In this document: piece by piece, positions 48,301 to 61,653 of the stretch
Layout of the letters: each line of letters starts with the position of its first letter
Numbering within the stretch: the first letter of the stretch is position 1
Source: Takakia lepidozioides
Lineage: Eukaryota; Plantae; Bryophyta
Assembly: GCA_030704615.1 (NCBI GenBank)
Contig: CM060731.1
Coordinates: forward strand, 51,894,001 to 51,958,000
DNA: 64,000 bases
Reading direction: 5' to 3'
Translations under genes and position numbers: made by a program
Notes under the pieces: model-generated
What the model saw: only the letters and a program-made list of their open reading frames with translations
Told to the model about the DNA's origin: nothing
Database searches by the model: none

Positions 48301-50876
48301 CAATTTACTGCAATCATCTGAAAAATAAGTGAGTAGTCCACCAAGACCAATGCTTCAACAGTCTGGGCCCTCAAGTACGTCACTTCAAAGAAGCAGCATT
48401 AGAATTTACCCCAACTTCAATGATGCTAACAACAGAGAAAGTGCCAGTGAGAGAGGAGATGGAGCTAACGTAGTTTCTTGGTCATGTGCTCTGGCAATGT
48501 TCTCTAGTTGAGACTGTCCTCCCTTAAGCTATACAAGAGACATGTGGTTGGGATGGAATATGTAGATCACGAACTGCTGTCCTTTGACCAAAGTAGCAAG
48601 CCTAGCTTTGGAACTGACCTTCACAAAGAGCGCTGCTGGTTTAAAATTAGGCCACTTGTTGCCCTGAAGTTTGTCATCATGTCAAAGACTAGGTGTTGGA
48701 TGGTCTATCCTTGACTTTTGGACCCCAATGTACCTTCACTTTCTACTACTTATGTTTGAACTCAATCCTATCAGTTTAGATCGCAAACACAAAAGGCATT
48801 CTTTATGTGTCAGGCATCTTGAGATTGAATATGTTGACATTTTCCTAACACTTACCGAAAGACTGAGTGTCAAGGGAGGACAGCATCCGAATATTTGTCG
48901 GGCAATTGCTCTATCAGTTTAGATCGCAAACATAGAAGGCATTCTTTATGTGTCAGGCATTTTTGAGATTGAATATGTTGACATTTTTCTAACACTTATC
49001 TAAAGACTGAATGTCAAGGAAGGACAGCATCTGAACGTTTGTTGGGCAATTGCTTGCTAGACTTTCTGATGCCAAAGCAGCATGATTATGCAGGTAATGC
49101 AAGCATCACCACCACTGCCATCACCTATAAAGCGCATCTTCTACATGTCCAGTGAGGGCGCCAACCTGTTGCATGAGGTTTGTAATGCAATGTATGTTTG
49201 TATGTGACTGCTGTTCTGAAAAATTCATGGGGCTGTTGATATGAGGTTATTGAGAATCAAGACCTGGTCCTGTTCCTATGTCGTTTACAATGGTCTTTGA
49301 GCTTCAATTCAAAGCAGGCAATCAGGGTAATTTACTTGTATCTCAACCACCAGGTGTTTCCAGCAGTGAATCCTACAGTGTTGGAGCAACTTCGCCAGGT
49401 TGATGCGGTTGTGTATGGCATTGGGTCTCTTTACACATCCATATGCCCATCACTGGTACTCTTGCCATCCAATTTTAGATTCTTCTGCTCTCATAATTGT
49501 TAGCCTGGTATGATCAAGACTGCAGACATATTCTGTCTGCTTCAAGTATTTTAGAAGCTTGTGAATTCGTTTGATGATTTGCTGCATATATCAATTTTCA
49601 TATGGTCTGGCTTGTGTCCAACATTTGAGTATCTATAAAGTGATTTCGATTTGCACGGCAGCCAAGGTCAAAAGTGGCTGACATTTAAACATGTCAAGAA
49701 TTACTTAGTGGGTGAATCTGTGACGGTGGACTTTTAGCTGCAGCATATCTTAAAATGGTTGATGGTGCCTGGTTGGTGATTCAGGTGCTGCGTGGTGTGG
49801 GAGAAGCAATAGCAGCCCATTCTTGTCCCAAGGTGACTGACTCATGTGGGTGGGTGTGGGCCGATCACTCCCATTGATTCCAGGGCAATACATAGGAGGG
49901 TCCCCCTGATGGTCTGGAACTTATTGCTTGAGAAGCTGTTGATATAATTGAAGGCTGCAGCAGCAAGTATCTGCTGCCTTTTGCTGGTCAGTTATGTAAA
50001 GCCCTGAAAGGATGAAGAGATGAAGGTTGCTGGGGATGGGAGGGTTCAGGTCCTGCTATTGAACAGCACACATGACCGGGAGACTGTTGGCATGACTGCC
50101 TCTGCATTTGTGGCTGCTATCTGTGATGCTCTCAATCGCAAACATTGTGATGATCCTCATCTGTGTCTGAGCCACCCGGTGAGTTGGTGCAGAAGTAAGC
50201 CCTTTCTTCTTGAGGCTACATATTCAGTTTTAGCTGTGAAGAGGAAGTGGAGTATCAAGGCTTGATTGGGTTTCACAGTGAGCTTCGCTGAACTTATTTT
50301 TCCCTCCTGGTGTCTGATGGGTGGGTGCAGCCGAATGCATACATAAGTGTACTGCTGGTACCTGCAGGGGGTGAGATAGTGGTCGATGTGGACCAGCTGG
50401 CTAGTATGGGCATCCATCGTGTGGTATGTTTCCATCACTTTTGCAGTGGTTCTCTGTGGACATAAGCTATTTTAATTGACTTTGTTGTGGAAGATGTTCA
50501 GAGAACTGCATTTGTATCAATAAGGCACAGGAGAGACTTCAGCAGGGTATATTATAACTTCACAAGGTTTGCGTGCTCCATCTGTCTATTATGCTGCAAT
50601 CTTTCTCCCATGCATAGTGACAGGTGGAATTGTGAATCAAGCTTATGAGTACAACTAACTGCAGGCTTCCCTTGATTGAACCTGGACAAATGGGTGGATG
50701 GATTGCAGGTCGAAGTAAACAGCATCCATGAAGAGGAACTGGGACACCTTTATGAACCAAGGGCTTTGATTGACGCACTCCAACTGGTTATTGATACAAA
50801 CCCTCCGGAGGACTGGAGTATGGAAACAGACAATAATAATGGCTCTCACAATTCAAGACAAACGGTCTGCAAATAA
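45307..50876 (+). CDS. UPF0052 / CofD-YvcK-like protein (MEE18 / YNL011C family), 13 exons, with a possible N-terminal transit peptide
   Basis: Spliced GT-AG exons give PSMLVFSG|GTAFNG...HVLPVSDDGGSTAEIVRVLG|GPSVGDIRSRCLRLS...|YKIVEGDHELW...|IGNFFFAGARIFFQSLDAAIFL...|IRGQNEISHP|...YGIGSLYTSICPSL|VLRGVGEAI|VLLLNSTHDRET..., ending at stop 50874-50876. Confidence 0.92.
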
Positions 50877-51844
50877 GTGTAATTTCTTGTCTATCGATAT
50901 CAGGATTAGAGGATGACTCTGCAGACCAGTGGTAACTCATGGCATCTTTGAAGTTGGCTTACGGTTCACCTTGTGTGTTTGGCTTATCTTTTGTTATTCA
51001 GCTCAAACACTGACGGATGAGCTATTTGAACTGAATTTGGTTGGTCTGACAATATTGCCATCAAGAGACAAGAATGGATTTGAAAAGGAAATTGGGCATG
51101 TCATTAAGCAAGAAAACATGTGGTCTTTACACCTTGTCTATCAAGAATACTTGAAGCATGTAAACATGCTGCTTGAGGCCATTTTCAATGGAAGAGCGCT
51201 CCAATTTTTTTTGGTACTACTTCAATTCCATCCGCAATAATCAATGTCTGTATTTCTCAGCTGCTCTGGGATTTTAAGAAAACTTATGTAGACATGTTGT
51301 GGGGTACATGATGTCAACAACATTTCTTTTGTTACCTCCCAGGCAGTGCTGTAGGCAATTACCTTGACCAAATGTTTGATTGGGGCAGTTCTTGGTGAAT
51401 AAGAAAGTCAGCAGTCATTTGCTTCAGTTTGCTGTGAGGACTGTATAGTTGTTAACCCTTACACCCGAGGGCTCCTTTTCGGTGGTCCACCCTGAAACAC
51501 TACTTGCATGAATTCCTATTTTTCTACCTACCCTAAATCAACCATAGATATGAGCCGTACAAACATAATGTACTCTTCTACATCTATCCACAGTAAACAT
51601 TGAGCAAATTCGCCATTGAAAATGGGAATTTCTAGTGATGACTGCAATTCGGAGACTAGTTTTGTTGTATGTTGTAGAGGCGTTCATGCCTTCACGCCCC
51701 CTCGAGGTAATTTTTTTCTCCTGTAGTCTTTGTTCCTTATTTTTTCTCCTGTAGTCTTTGTTCCTTATTTAATCATATATGTTCCGGGCTGGTTCCGTTC
51801 CCAATATATATACATATATATAGAGCAGATATTGTGTCACTACT

Positions 51845-52088
51845 TTTCTTTTTCTTTTTTCTAATAAAGGGAAATACCTGGGAGCGACAGCTCGCAAATC
51901 AGGCCCCTTGATAGTGAGAGGAGAAAATAACCTCTTTCACTGTAACCGCGCCATGGAGGCTGAGAAATGGGACACCGCCCATGGAGTGGGAGAAGAGTAT
52001 ACCACACCCGTCAAATAGCAGGATTTGACCCCAGAATCATCTGGGTGGCACACACTGCACTTTACCAACTGACCTACTGACTCTTGGT
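51845..52088 (-). mobile_element. tRNA-derived SINE
   Basis: Minus strand has an A-box TAGGTCAGTTGGT (52064-52076), a B-box-like GGTCAAATCC (52021-52030) and an A-rich tail at about 51845-51862. Confidence 0.6.
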
Positions 52089-52834
52089 ACGACATCATTT
52101 CCATGTCATCTTTCTGCCGGCAAGAAAAGAAAACAAAACTGAACTACTTAGGGCTTTGCACCGCCCTACTAGCATCGACTTCTGAGAATTACATCGAGAA
52201 AGATGGGCTATATTCAAGTTTTATGAAAAGATGAACATTTATTGGTTCTCTTGTAGAGAGAGAGTATGCATCATGTTAACGTCAATAGAGAAAATGTGGT
52301 CAAAGATAGAAGGATGCCAGATTTTTTTTTTTAATTTTCTTAAAGACCACTTCTAGACTCAAGTGCAAGAACGAGTTGCACATAGCAATAAAAGATTTAA
52401 TAGTTTATCTTCATATTTTAATAATTTATTTAGTTATTTTTAGTATTCATCTTTTTAGTCATAACCTAAACTTATTAGAATCATTAAAAGATTATACAAA
52501 TTAAATCAAACATATACATAATTAAAAATAATAAAACATTATTCAAAATTTAATTTTTATACAACCAGTCACTTATAACTACACCATGCTCTTAAACAAG
52601 TATGTTATATATATATATATATATTCAAAGATCTCTCACACAACTTTCAGTCTCACTTTCATTTTCTAAACATCTAAAGATCGGACATGTAACAATCTGA
52701 TTCTAAGTATTTCAATCTATTTTTTCTTTCTACTGTAATTAATTAAGAGAGTCGGACTATAGGCAACATTGTCAAAAACTGCGGAAGATGTACAGGTATG
52801 TTTGAAGAGGCTCAGCGAGATCATGAGAGACTTG

Positions 52835-53500
52835 AAAACTCTAAAGGAAAAGAATATTTCCTAAGGGAAATAGAAAAAAATTAAACTACTATAATAAATG
52901 TATCAACTTTGGTCATTATATTTATGAATCACATATACTATTTATTGGTATGTATCGACAAAATTGGTAGGTTGTCATCATTTATTATAATTAAAGAAAA
53001 AAATTATTTTCGATAAACGTTCATACATCCATTTGTAATGCATTGACATCATTTTTTGAAATAAACCTTTACATGTTAGTACCTATGTTAAAAATAGAAA
53101 AATAGTAAGATATTATTTATAACTGCCCTTAGGACTCCTTAGGATTGCCCTAAGGAGTCCTAAGGAGGGGAAAATGGAAATATGTCAATTATTATTTATA
53201 ACTCTAAAAGAAAAGAAAAAAAACTTAAGGGAAATCGAAAAAATATAAACCACTATAATAAATGTATCAACTTTGGTCATTATATTTCTGAATTAAATAT
53301 ACTATTTATTGGTATGTACCGACAAAATTGGTAGGTTGTCATTATTTATTATAATTAAAACAAAACGTTATTTTTGATAAACGATCATACATCCATTTGT
53401 AATGCACTGACATCCTTTTTTGAAATAAACCTTTACGTGTTAGTACCTATGTTAAAATAGAAAAATATTAAGATATTATTTATATTTTTCCTTAGGACTA
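52835..53500. repeat. ~280-bp AT-rich direct duplication (52837-53120, 53200-53483; third diverged copy about 55100-55250)
   Basis: Shared ACTATAATAAATGTATCAACTTTGGTCATTATATTT...GACAAAATTGGTAGGTTGTCAT...AATAAACCTTTAC. Confidence 0.85.
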
Positions 53501-55085
53501 AAAAAATGGAAATATGTAAATTATTATTTATAATTGCCCTTAGGACTTCTTAGGACAGTTATAAGGAGTCCTAAGAGGAAAAAAAATGGAAAGACATAAA
53601 TATTTGCCCTTAAGACCCGTTTAGGCAGCCTAAGGGGTTATAAGAGGGGGAGAATGGAAACATATAAATTATTAACTACATTTGTCTTTACGACTCCTTA
53701 GGGCGGCCCTAAGGAGTCCTAAGAGGGGGAAAATGGAAATATATAGATTATAGAAAAATAAAAACATATACATTATTCTTTATAAAAATGGAAAGACATA
53801 AATAATTGCCTTTAAGAGCCGTTTAGGTAACCTAGGGGTTATAAGAGGGGGGAAATGGAACATATAATTATTATTTATAATTGCCCTTAGGACTGCCTTA
53901 AGGAGTCCTAAGAGGGGAAAATGGAAAAATATAAATTATTATTATAATTGCCCTTAGGACTCCTTAGGGCGGCCCTAAGGAGTCCTAAGAGAGGGATAAA
54001 ATGAAAACATATATTTATAATTATTCTTAGGGCTTCTTAGGACAGTCCTAAAGAGTCCTAAGAGAAGAAGAATGGAAAGACATAAATAATTGCCCTTAAA
54101 ACCCGTTTAGACAGCCTAAGGGGTTATAAGAGGGGGAAAATGGAAACGGATAAATTATTATTTATAATTGCCCTCAGGACTCCTCAGGAAGGCCCTGAGG
54201 AGTCCGAAGAGAGGGGAAAATAAAAACGTATAAATTATTATTTATAATTAGCCTTAGGGCTTCATGGGACAGTCCTAAGAAGTGCTAAGATGAGAAAAAT
54301 GGAAAGACATAAATAATTGCCTTTAAGACCCGTTTATGCAACCTAAGACGTTATAAGACGGGGGAAATGGAAACATATAAATTATTATCTATAATTGCCC
54401 TTAGGACTACTTAGGGCTGCCCTAAGGAATCCTAAAAGGGGGAAATTAAAAGATGTAAATTATTATTTATAATTGCCATTAGGACTCCTTAGGGCGGCCC
54501 TAAGGAGTCCTAAGAGAAGGAAAATGAAAAAATATAAACTATTATTTATAATTGCCCTTAGGACTCATTTGGGCAGCCCTAAAGAGTCCTAAGAAGGGAA
54601 AAAATAAAAACATATAAATTATTATTTATAATTATCCTTATGACTTCTTAGAACAGTCCTTAGAGGAGAAAAATGGAAAGACATAAATAATCGTCCTTAA
54701 GACCCGTTTCAGCAGTCTAAAGGATTATAAGAGGGAGAAAATATAAACATATAAATTATTATCTATAATTGCCCTTAGGACTCCTTAGGGCCGTCCTAAG
54801 AAGTCCTAAGAAGGGAAAAATTGAAAGATGTAAATTATTATTTGTAATTGACCTTAGGACTCCCGGGCACCCTAAAGAGTCCTAAGAGTGGGAAAATAGA
54901 ATGATATAAATTATAATAGCCTTCTAAGAGGGGAAAAATGGAAAGATGTATTTTGTTATTTATAATTGTCATTAGGATTCTTTAGGGCGGCCCTAAGGAG
55001 TCCTAAGAGGGGAAAATAAAAAGATGCAAATTGTTACTTTTTATTGTTCTTAGGACTTTTTAGGTCAATCCTAAGGAGTCTTAAG
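53120..55085. repeat. Tandem array of ~75-80-bp units, each with a palindromic core (CTTAGGACTCCTTAGGGC-G-GCCCTAAGGAGTCCTAAG)
   Basis: Perfect 18-bp-arm palindrome at 53953-53989. Roughly 20 units in three alternating variants. Confidence 0.9.
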
Positions 55086-55339
55086 GGGGGGGGGGAAACA
55101 AACTATAATAAATATATCAACTTTAAGAATCACATGTACTATTTATTTGTAGGTGACACCATTTATTACAGTTAAAACAAGATTTTGTCTTCGATAAACG
55201 ATCATACAGCTATTTGTAATGCACCGACATCCATTTTTAAATAAACCTTCATTCAAAAAGTGTGTGGGATAAGGTTAATAAATAGCAACTTTTCATTATG
55301 TTTTCATCGAATTATTTTATTTTTCATTCATTCCTTTTA

Positions 55340-56480
55340 GACTGTACCTCATTTTTTCCCTATAAGTATAGAAAACGAGGATCATTTTCTTTTTTTTCTT
55401 CCGCAAGTTGTTTGCAGACAATAGAACTGTCTCTCAGTTTTGCTCTTTTACCTTCGTTTTTGTGTTTCTTCTTTGTTTCTGTTGCTTGTTTATACGGTTT
55501 CTCTGTCCTTTTGGTTCTTTGACAATGTTTTTTAGTTCTTTTTAGTAGTTTTATTTGTCTTTGTTCTTCACTTTTGGTTCTCTGTTTATGTTTCTTTCTA
55601 TTCTTTGTCTTTCTGTGTGAGTTTTTCGATAGAATAGAACTTTCTCTTCCTTTTTCTCTTTCATTCTGTTGTCTTTTTTCCCTTTGAAAATTCTATAAGT
55701 ATGTAGAACGAGGATCATTTCCTTCACTTTTTTCTACAAGCAAGCTTTTTGTATAGAATAGAATTGTCTCTAAGTTATGCTCTTTTGCCATCGTTTGTGT
55801 TTCTTCTTTGCTTCTATTGTTTGTTTATCTTTTTTTGTTCTTTCGGTTCTTTGGCAAAATAGAACTGTCTCTTAGTTCTTCTCAGTAGCCTTCATTTGTT
55901 TTTTTCTTTCACTTTCTGTTCTTTGTTTATGTTTCTTTCTTTTCTCTGTTCTTTGTATTTTTGTTTTTTTTTTTTTTTTTTCTTCAGTTTTTTGACTTCT
56001 TTGTTGTTGTTTCTTCTTTGTTTTTGTTGCTTTGTTCTTTTGGTTATGTGGCTAAATGAACTGTCTCCTAGTTCTAGTTCTGAGTAGCCTTCATTTTTTT
56101 TTTTCTTCGTTTTCTGTTCTTTGTTTATGTTTCTTTCCGATCTCTATTCTTTGTATTTTTGTATGAATTGTACATCAAAATAGAACTTTCCATTCTTTCT
56201 TTCTCTTTTTCGTTTGTCCTTCTTCTTTACTTCTCTGTTTTGTTTATGTTTTTTTGTTCTTTCGGTTCTGTGGCAAAATAGAAATGTCTCCTAGTTCTTT
56301 TGAGTAGCCTTCATTTGTTTTTTTCTTTCACTTTCTATCTTTGTTTATGTTTTCTTTTTTATCTCTGTTCTTTGAATTTCTGTGTGAGTTGCTCAGCCAC
56401 ATAGAAGTTTCTTTTTTTTCTTTCTCTTCATTTTTTTTCTTCGTTCTTTCTCTTTCGTTTTTTCTTTTTTTTTCTTTTTC
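55340..56480. repeat. T-rich degenerate tandem duplications (strong strand skew)
   Basis: Repeated ATAGAACTGTCTC, GTAGCCTTCATTT and TATAAGTAT..AGAA.CGAGGATCATTT blocks; poly-F/L shadow ORFs. Confidence 0.7.
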
Positions 56481-57584
56481 TTTTTCTTTTCTTTCTAACA
56501 TATTTGACACACTACCAAAAACACTATCTTATATTTCCAAGAAATCATCAAAATTGATTACACTGTGATTATGCCACTTTGAATGTTACGTCATAATCTA
56601 TAGTGTATATGATATTCAAGCATGATATCAATATAGTATATACAACTTAGAGATTATACATATTTAATTATAATCAGAATTATATATCTAGTATAAATAA
56701 GTATATAAAAAACAAATATTTATATTATATTAAATAAAGTTTTTTTTAAATAATAAGTAAATATATTTAAAAATCTAGCTATAATCTAACGACGTCGCTA
56801 CATAAATCAACTATCATTCTATCCATCAACCAGTCAATTATCATTCCATCTATTATCATAAATCAATCATTATCAGTTACAATCATGTGTTATTTTTATT
56901 TACAACATAATTATTTCTCATATTACTTTATCTTATCATTATATTTTCATATTTAAAATTTAAAATCTTAAATATTTGTATTATTTATATTAATGAACAT
57001 ACTAAAACATTTAATTTAAATAGTCAATATTTTAATATTTAACATAATGATGTATATTATGTATTATAAAATCTCAAAAACTTCAAATATAATATTTATA
57101 TTAACGAATTTAATTTAATTTAATATTAACATATAATTTAAAAACTTATTATATAATAGTATAATATGTATTAAATATTTTTAATATAAATAAATAAATA
57201 ATGTATAATACTATATTATATCATGCTTTCAACCTCAGACTTCATCATTTCGATAAATTTAAAATCCATTCAATCAAATTATTTATCATATTATATTTTA
57301 AAATCTCCAATTTTTTTTAACCTTAATGGTTATCTTTAAGGCCTTTGGGCCATAATTTTGTATGCTATAATGGATAGCTATAAGGGTTCGAATCCCTACA
57401 CAAAAATAATTTTTGGGTGAAAACCAGGGCTGAAACCAGTCCAATCTGATATAGGAGTTCATATTCGTATATTGTATAATGTGTATATATCCATATGTAT
57501 ACATCAAATATGACATGTATAATAATGATTGTAATCTGATATACCAATTCAATCAGTAATAAAAAAATTGTTAGAGTGATTCTA

Positions 57585-58420
57585 AGAAACTCTTAGAGTG
57601 AATGTGTTGTTTTTTTAATCACTCTAAAAAATCCTTAGAGCGGCTCAGAGCGGCTCTAAGGGATCCTTAGAGCGATTGCAAAAGCAAATATAGTTTATTC
57701 TGTTTTCTTGCTCTAAGTAATGCTTGGAACAAATGTGAATAGCTATTTAGATTTTTTTTGTTTTTCCACTCTAATAAATCCTTAGAGCGGCTCTGAAGGA
57801 TCCTTAGAGCAAATACGAATAGCAATTTAGCTTTTTTTGTTTCCCCGTTGTAGAAAATCCTAGAGCAGCTTAGAGCGGCTCTAAGGGATCCTTAGAGCGA
57901 ATGTAAATAGCAATTTATCTTTTTTTTATTTTCTTACTCTAAGTCATACTTAGATCGAATGTAAATAGCAAATTAGTTTTTTCTATTTTTCCACTCTAAA
58001 AAACCCCTAGAGCGGCTCTAAGGGATTCTTAGAGCGAATATAAATAGCAATTTAGCTATCTATGTTTTCCCGCTATATGAAATCCTTAGAGTGGCTTAGA
58101 ACGGCTCTAAGGGATCCTTAGAATGAACGTAAATAGCAATTTAGCTTGTTCTATTTTCCCAATCTAACAAATCCTTACATTGGCTCTAAGGATATTAAGG
58201 GATTGTTAGAGTAAATGTAAAAAATATGTTAAGGTTTATCTTCTTCGTTGACCGATTTGTTTTCCGCTCTATGAAATCCTTAGAGTGGCTTAGAACGCTA
58301 TAAGGGATCCTTACAACGAACGTAAATAGCAATTTAGTTTTTTTTTGTTTTTTTTCAATTTAAGAGATCCTTATATTGGCTCTAAGGGATCATTAGAATA
58401 AATGTAAAAGATATGTTAGG
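57585..58420. repeat. Second palindromic tandem array (CTTAGAGC-G-GCTCTAAG-GGATCCTTAGAGC...AAATAGCAATTTAG)
   Basis: Directly visible repeats; a diverged inverted relative of the 53120-55085 unit. Confidence 0.85.
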
Positions 58421-59428
58421 GTTTTTCTTCTTGGTCATGGTTGACTGTTGAGGCCGTATGACACCCTTTGAGATTTAACTCTTCTTCCCCTTCAATAATT
58501 CAACTATTAACAATATAGTTATTTGGCTAAAAATAATGTGATTTTTTGCTAAAATACATTAGGGTTTAGCCAGAACTTGTCGACGTGGCCTTCTGTCTTG
58601 TCGAGAAACAAAAACTTGGCACTAGCTGGCATCCTAAAGAAACCAATTACAGATGGTGAACACTCATAACAAAATGGTAAAAAGTCTGTCATGCGGAAAC
58701 TCTCCTAACAACAAACACGAATGTCACAGTTACAGAGAAATGGCGAATCAGTGAAGTTTGAGAGGTAGGCAGTGATAGGTCTAGGAGACATACGATATGC
58801 CACAGGAAGCCAATGACACCAACCCGAAGAGCAGCTCGTATCCTCACAAAGATCGGGACTTCGCCAAAGAGAAATGAGTCATGGTAGGTACGCAACACGT
58901 GCTTGCTGACATCTATATGCTTTAGGCAGTGCTGCTTGTCCAATTTGAGGAATGAGCCAAACAAGTCCTGGAATTGTCCTCCCCATTTCTCCCACCATTG
59001 TTGGTTCACATTCTTCATGCTGCCCCATCCCGGCACAGAAGGACTGTGGAAACTTTCATCTGGGTCTAAACATGTTGGAGGGCTCCCCCAAGTGGGATGC
59101 CTAGTGGGATCATCCATTCTGATGGGATAGGTTGTTGAAAACACGGGGCTTTGTTCCTTTCCGAACCATCAGCATCAGTCTTGTCCTGCAATCTCCATAA
59201 TACTCCAACCTACTTCAATACTTGCCAAATATTTCATGAGGTTTCTTCAGTCGCAGAACCAAGAAGACAATAATGCGATTGTCCTCTGACGCATACCGCC
59301 TTTGAACCCTCTCCAACAAACGTCCCCTACTGCATCGTGGAACGAGAAGAAAAGACATCATTCCTAGAATCTCGAAATTTACGAGAGGCTTCCCATCAAT
59401 GGCCACTTCAACATAACTAGCTACGAAC

Positions 59429-61653
59429 CAGTGTTGGGCGGTTACCCGCCTGGGCCCCGGGTAACCGCCGGTTCTGGTTCCGGTTATGTGGAGCCGGACC
59501 GGAACCGGACCCGCCTGTGCAGAACCGGAACCGGAACCGGAAATTGGGGATTGCGTGGGAACCGGAACCGGCGGTTCTAGCTACGACCACATATGTGGGA
59601 ACCGGGTTTAGGGACTCCAAAGCGGTTCCGGTTCCGGTTCCACCCATGGGCTGTAGCCCTAAGTGTCTCTACAACTCATCCAGCTCGCTCTCTCTCGCAT
59701 ACATCTTGCTCGCTAATCCAGTCCAGGTAAGGTTTGTGTTCCATGTCTCCATCTTCTACTTTATTGTTCGATTTCTCTCTCGCTCTCATTTCATCTCCAT
59801 CTCCATTCTCTTTCCCTCTTAGGTTGATTGATTTAATGTGTTGTTTGTTTCTTTTCTTCTCAGTTTATCGCACAAGAGGGGGCTGATCTCTCTTCTGCTG
59901 CTGTGGCAGATGGTGGACACAAAGGGAGGGAGTGTGAGCAGGAGGGCCCCGCCAACCAGCCGTCGCTTGTTTGGTGAGCATCCACCATGTTCTTTTTTTT
60001 TTTAATTTTTTGGTTCAGCGGAGCTAATGGGCCCCATGCTTTTGTATTGTGGTAAGTGGCGCATTGGAGGGAGGAAGTGCCAGCAGGAGGGCCCGCGCAA
60101 CCAGCCCCGTCGTCAACCAGCCCCTTGTTGGTAAGTATCCACCACTTTTGGTTATTTTACTGTTTTTAGTTTTAGTTCACCATGAAGCTAATCAGCTTCC
60201 TCCTTTTCTGCTATGGCATGTGGTGCAAGAGGTAGGGAGGACGAGTAAGGAGGGCCCACCTGCAACCAGGCCCCTTGGTCCATGGTAATCATTGCTCATC
60301 ATTCTTCTTCTTTTTCTTTTTTTTTTCCTGTTTTCTTTGATGATATACCAAGGGGCTGATAGCCCCTTGCTCCACTATGGTAGATTTTACATTGGAGGGA
60401 GCACAAGCAAAGAGGGGCCCACCAACCAACCCACATTACCCACTGGTAAGTATCTTCCCTTTCTTTAAATTTTTTTAATTCTTGATACCCCAATCAATTT
60501 CTACAGTTCTAGGGCATGTGGTTCATGAGTGCATTATGAATCAATCTGGGGGATTTTGGCTGTTGTCTGATGCTCTTAATGCAGCCATTGCCACAACAAT
60601 TTGCATGCGAGGAAATAGTGCTCCCAGGGCTGCAACTGTGGATCATTGGGGGGATTTCTCAACAGAGTTGACATTGTTGGAATGGCGGATGGCTCGAGAG
60701 TTGATATATGTCTTGGAACCATTTCTTTCTTTTCTGGAAGGGTTTCAATCGCGCAAAGCTCACAAAATGCTCGCGCTTATGCTTGACCCATGTTACAAGG
60801 GGTTGTCATTGGTATCACAATATGTGGGCAAAGAGCATGCTTTGCATATTGTGTCCCAATATGATAGCATGGTGTTAGAGCCTCTTTTGATAAAGTGTTT
60901 CAAGGTCTTACATCCGGATACTCCGGCCCAATCACAGCCCACTTCCACAATGGACGAGATGTCCTTATTTGGTGTGCATGACCACAATGAAGACATGACA
61001 TTGACAGTAGTGAGAGAACAACTATCACATTTCAGAAGGACGAAGATAATTGAGGGTGTGGCTCCTTTGAAATGGTGGAAAGAACACGAGTCTCTTTTTC
61101 CGTATGTGGGATTTTTGGCACGGCTAATCTTGGGCATAGTTGGATCTCAAATTGAAGCTGAGAGGGTTTTTAGTATTGCAGGTGTCATAACAAACTTGAG
61201 ACAGAACTAAAACAAACTAACTACATAAGGATCTTAATTCAAAATACAAAACAAATTAAACATGTGTAATTCTATGGTTACCTTTTATGGTGCAGCAAAA
61301 GCACAACTAAAAAAAACTACATAAATTTGTGTTTTTTGGATGATGCTTTGTCAATATAGCATACAACAAACTAAGTACACGGGATGTCACTGAAATTTTC
61401 AATAAAAATGACAAATAAACAAACTCCAATCAAAGGAGTATAGTGTAATATGTTGAACAATAATTTGTCTCTAAGACAAATCATTCTACCTCAAAGAGGT
61501 TTGCCTCTGCAATCAAGTCCTCATTCTCATCTAAGAGGACTTCTTCCCTATCCAAAAACTCTTTCATGGAAGTACTAAAGCAACCAACTCTAGCATCATT
61601 TGGCCAATTCTTGACTACACTCACAAACATATCAAGGTTTTCAATATTTGGCT
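59429..61653 (+). mobile_element. Internally deleted and rearranged hAT transposon
   Basis: Starts CAGTGTTGGG with subterminal AACCGG/CCGGTT repeats (59445-59640) and contains the transposase C-terminal half. The opposite terminus was not found. Confidence 0.75.
60482..61210 (+). pseudogene. hAT transposase C-terminal fragment with hATC dimerisation domain
   Basis: LALMLDPCYK; PLKWWKEHESLFPYVGFLARLILGIVGSQIEAERVFSIAG. Confidence 0.9.

Noticed and set aside
55298-56568. Hydrophobic Phe/Leu-rich 'membrane protein' ORFs
   Set aside because: Artefacts of T-rich low-complexity repeats.
53120-58420. CRISPR-like array (palindromic repeats with spacers)
   Set aside because: The inter-palindrome sequences are themselves repeated rather than unique, there are no cas genes, and the context is eukaryotic.
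58689-59406. Possible coding fragments (151 aa and 63 aa, minus strand)
   Set aside because: No recognisable motif and interrupted by stops; cannot be assigned.
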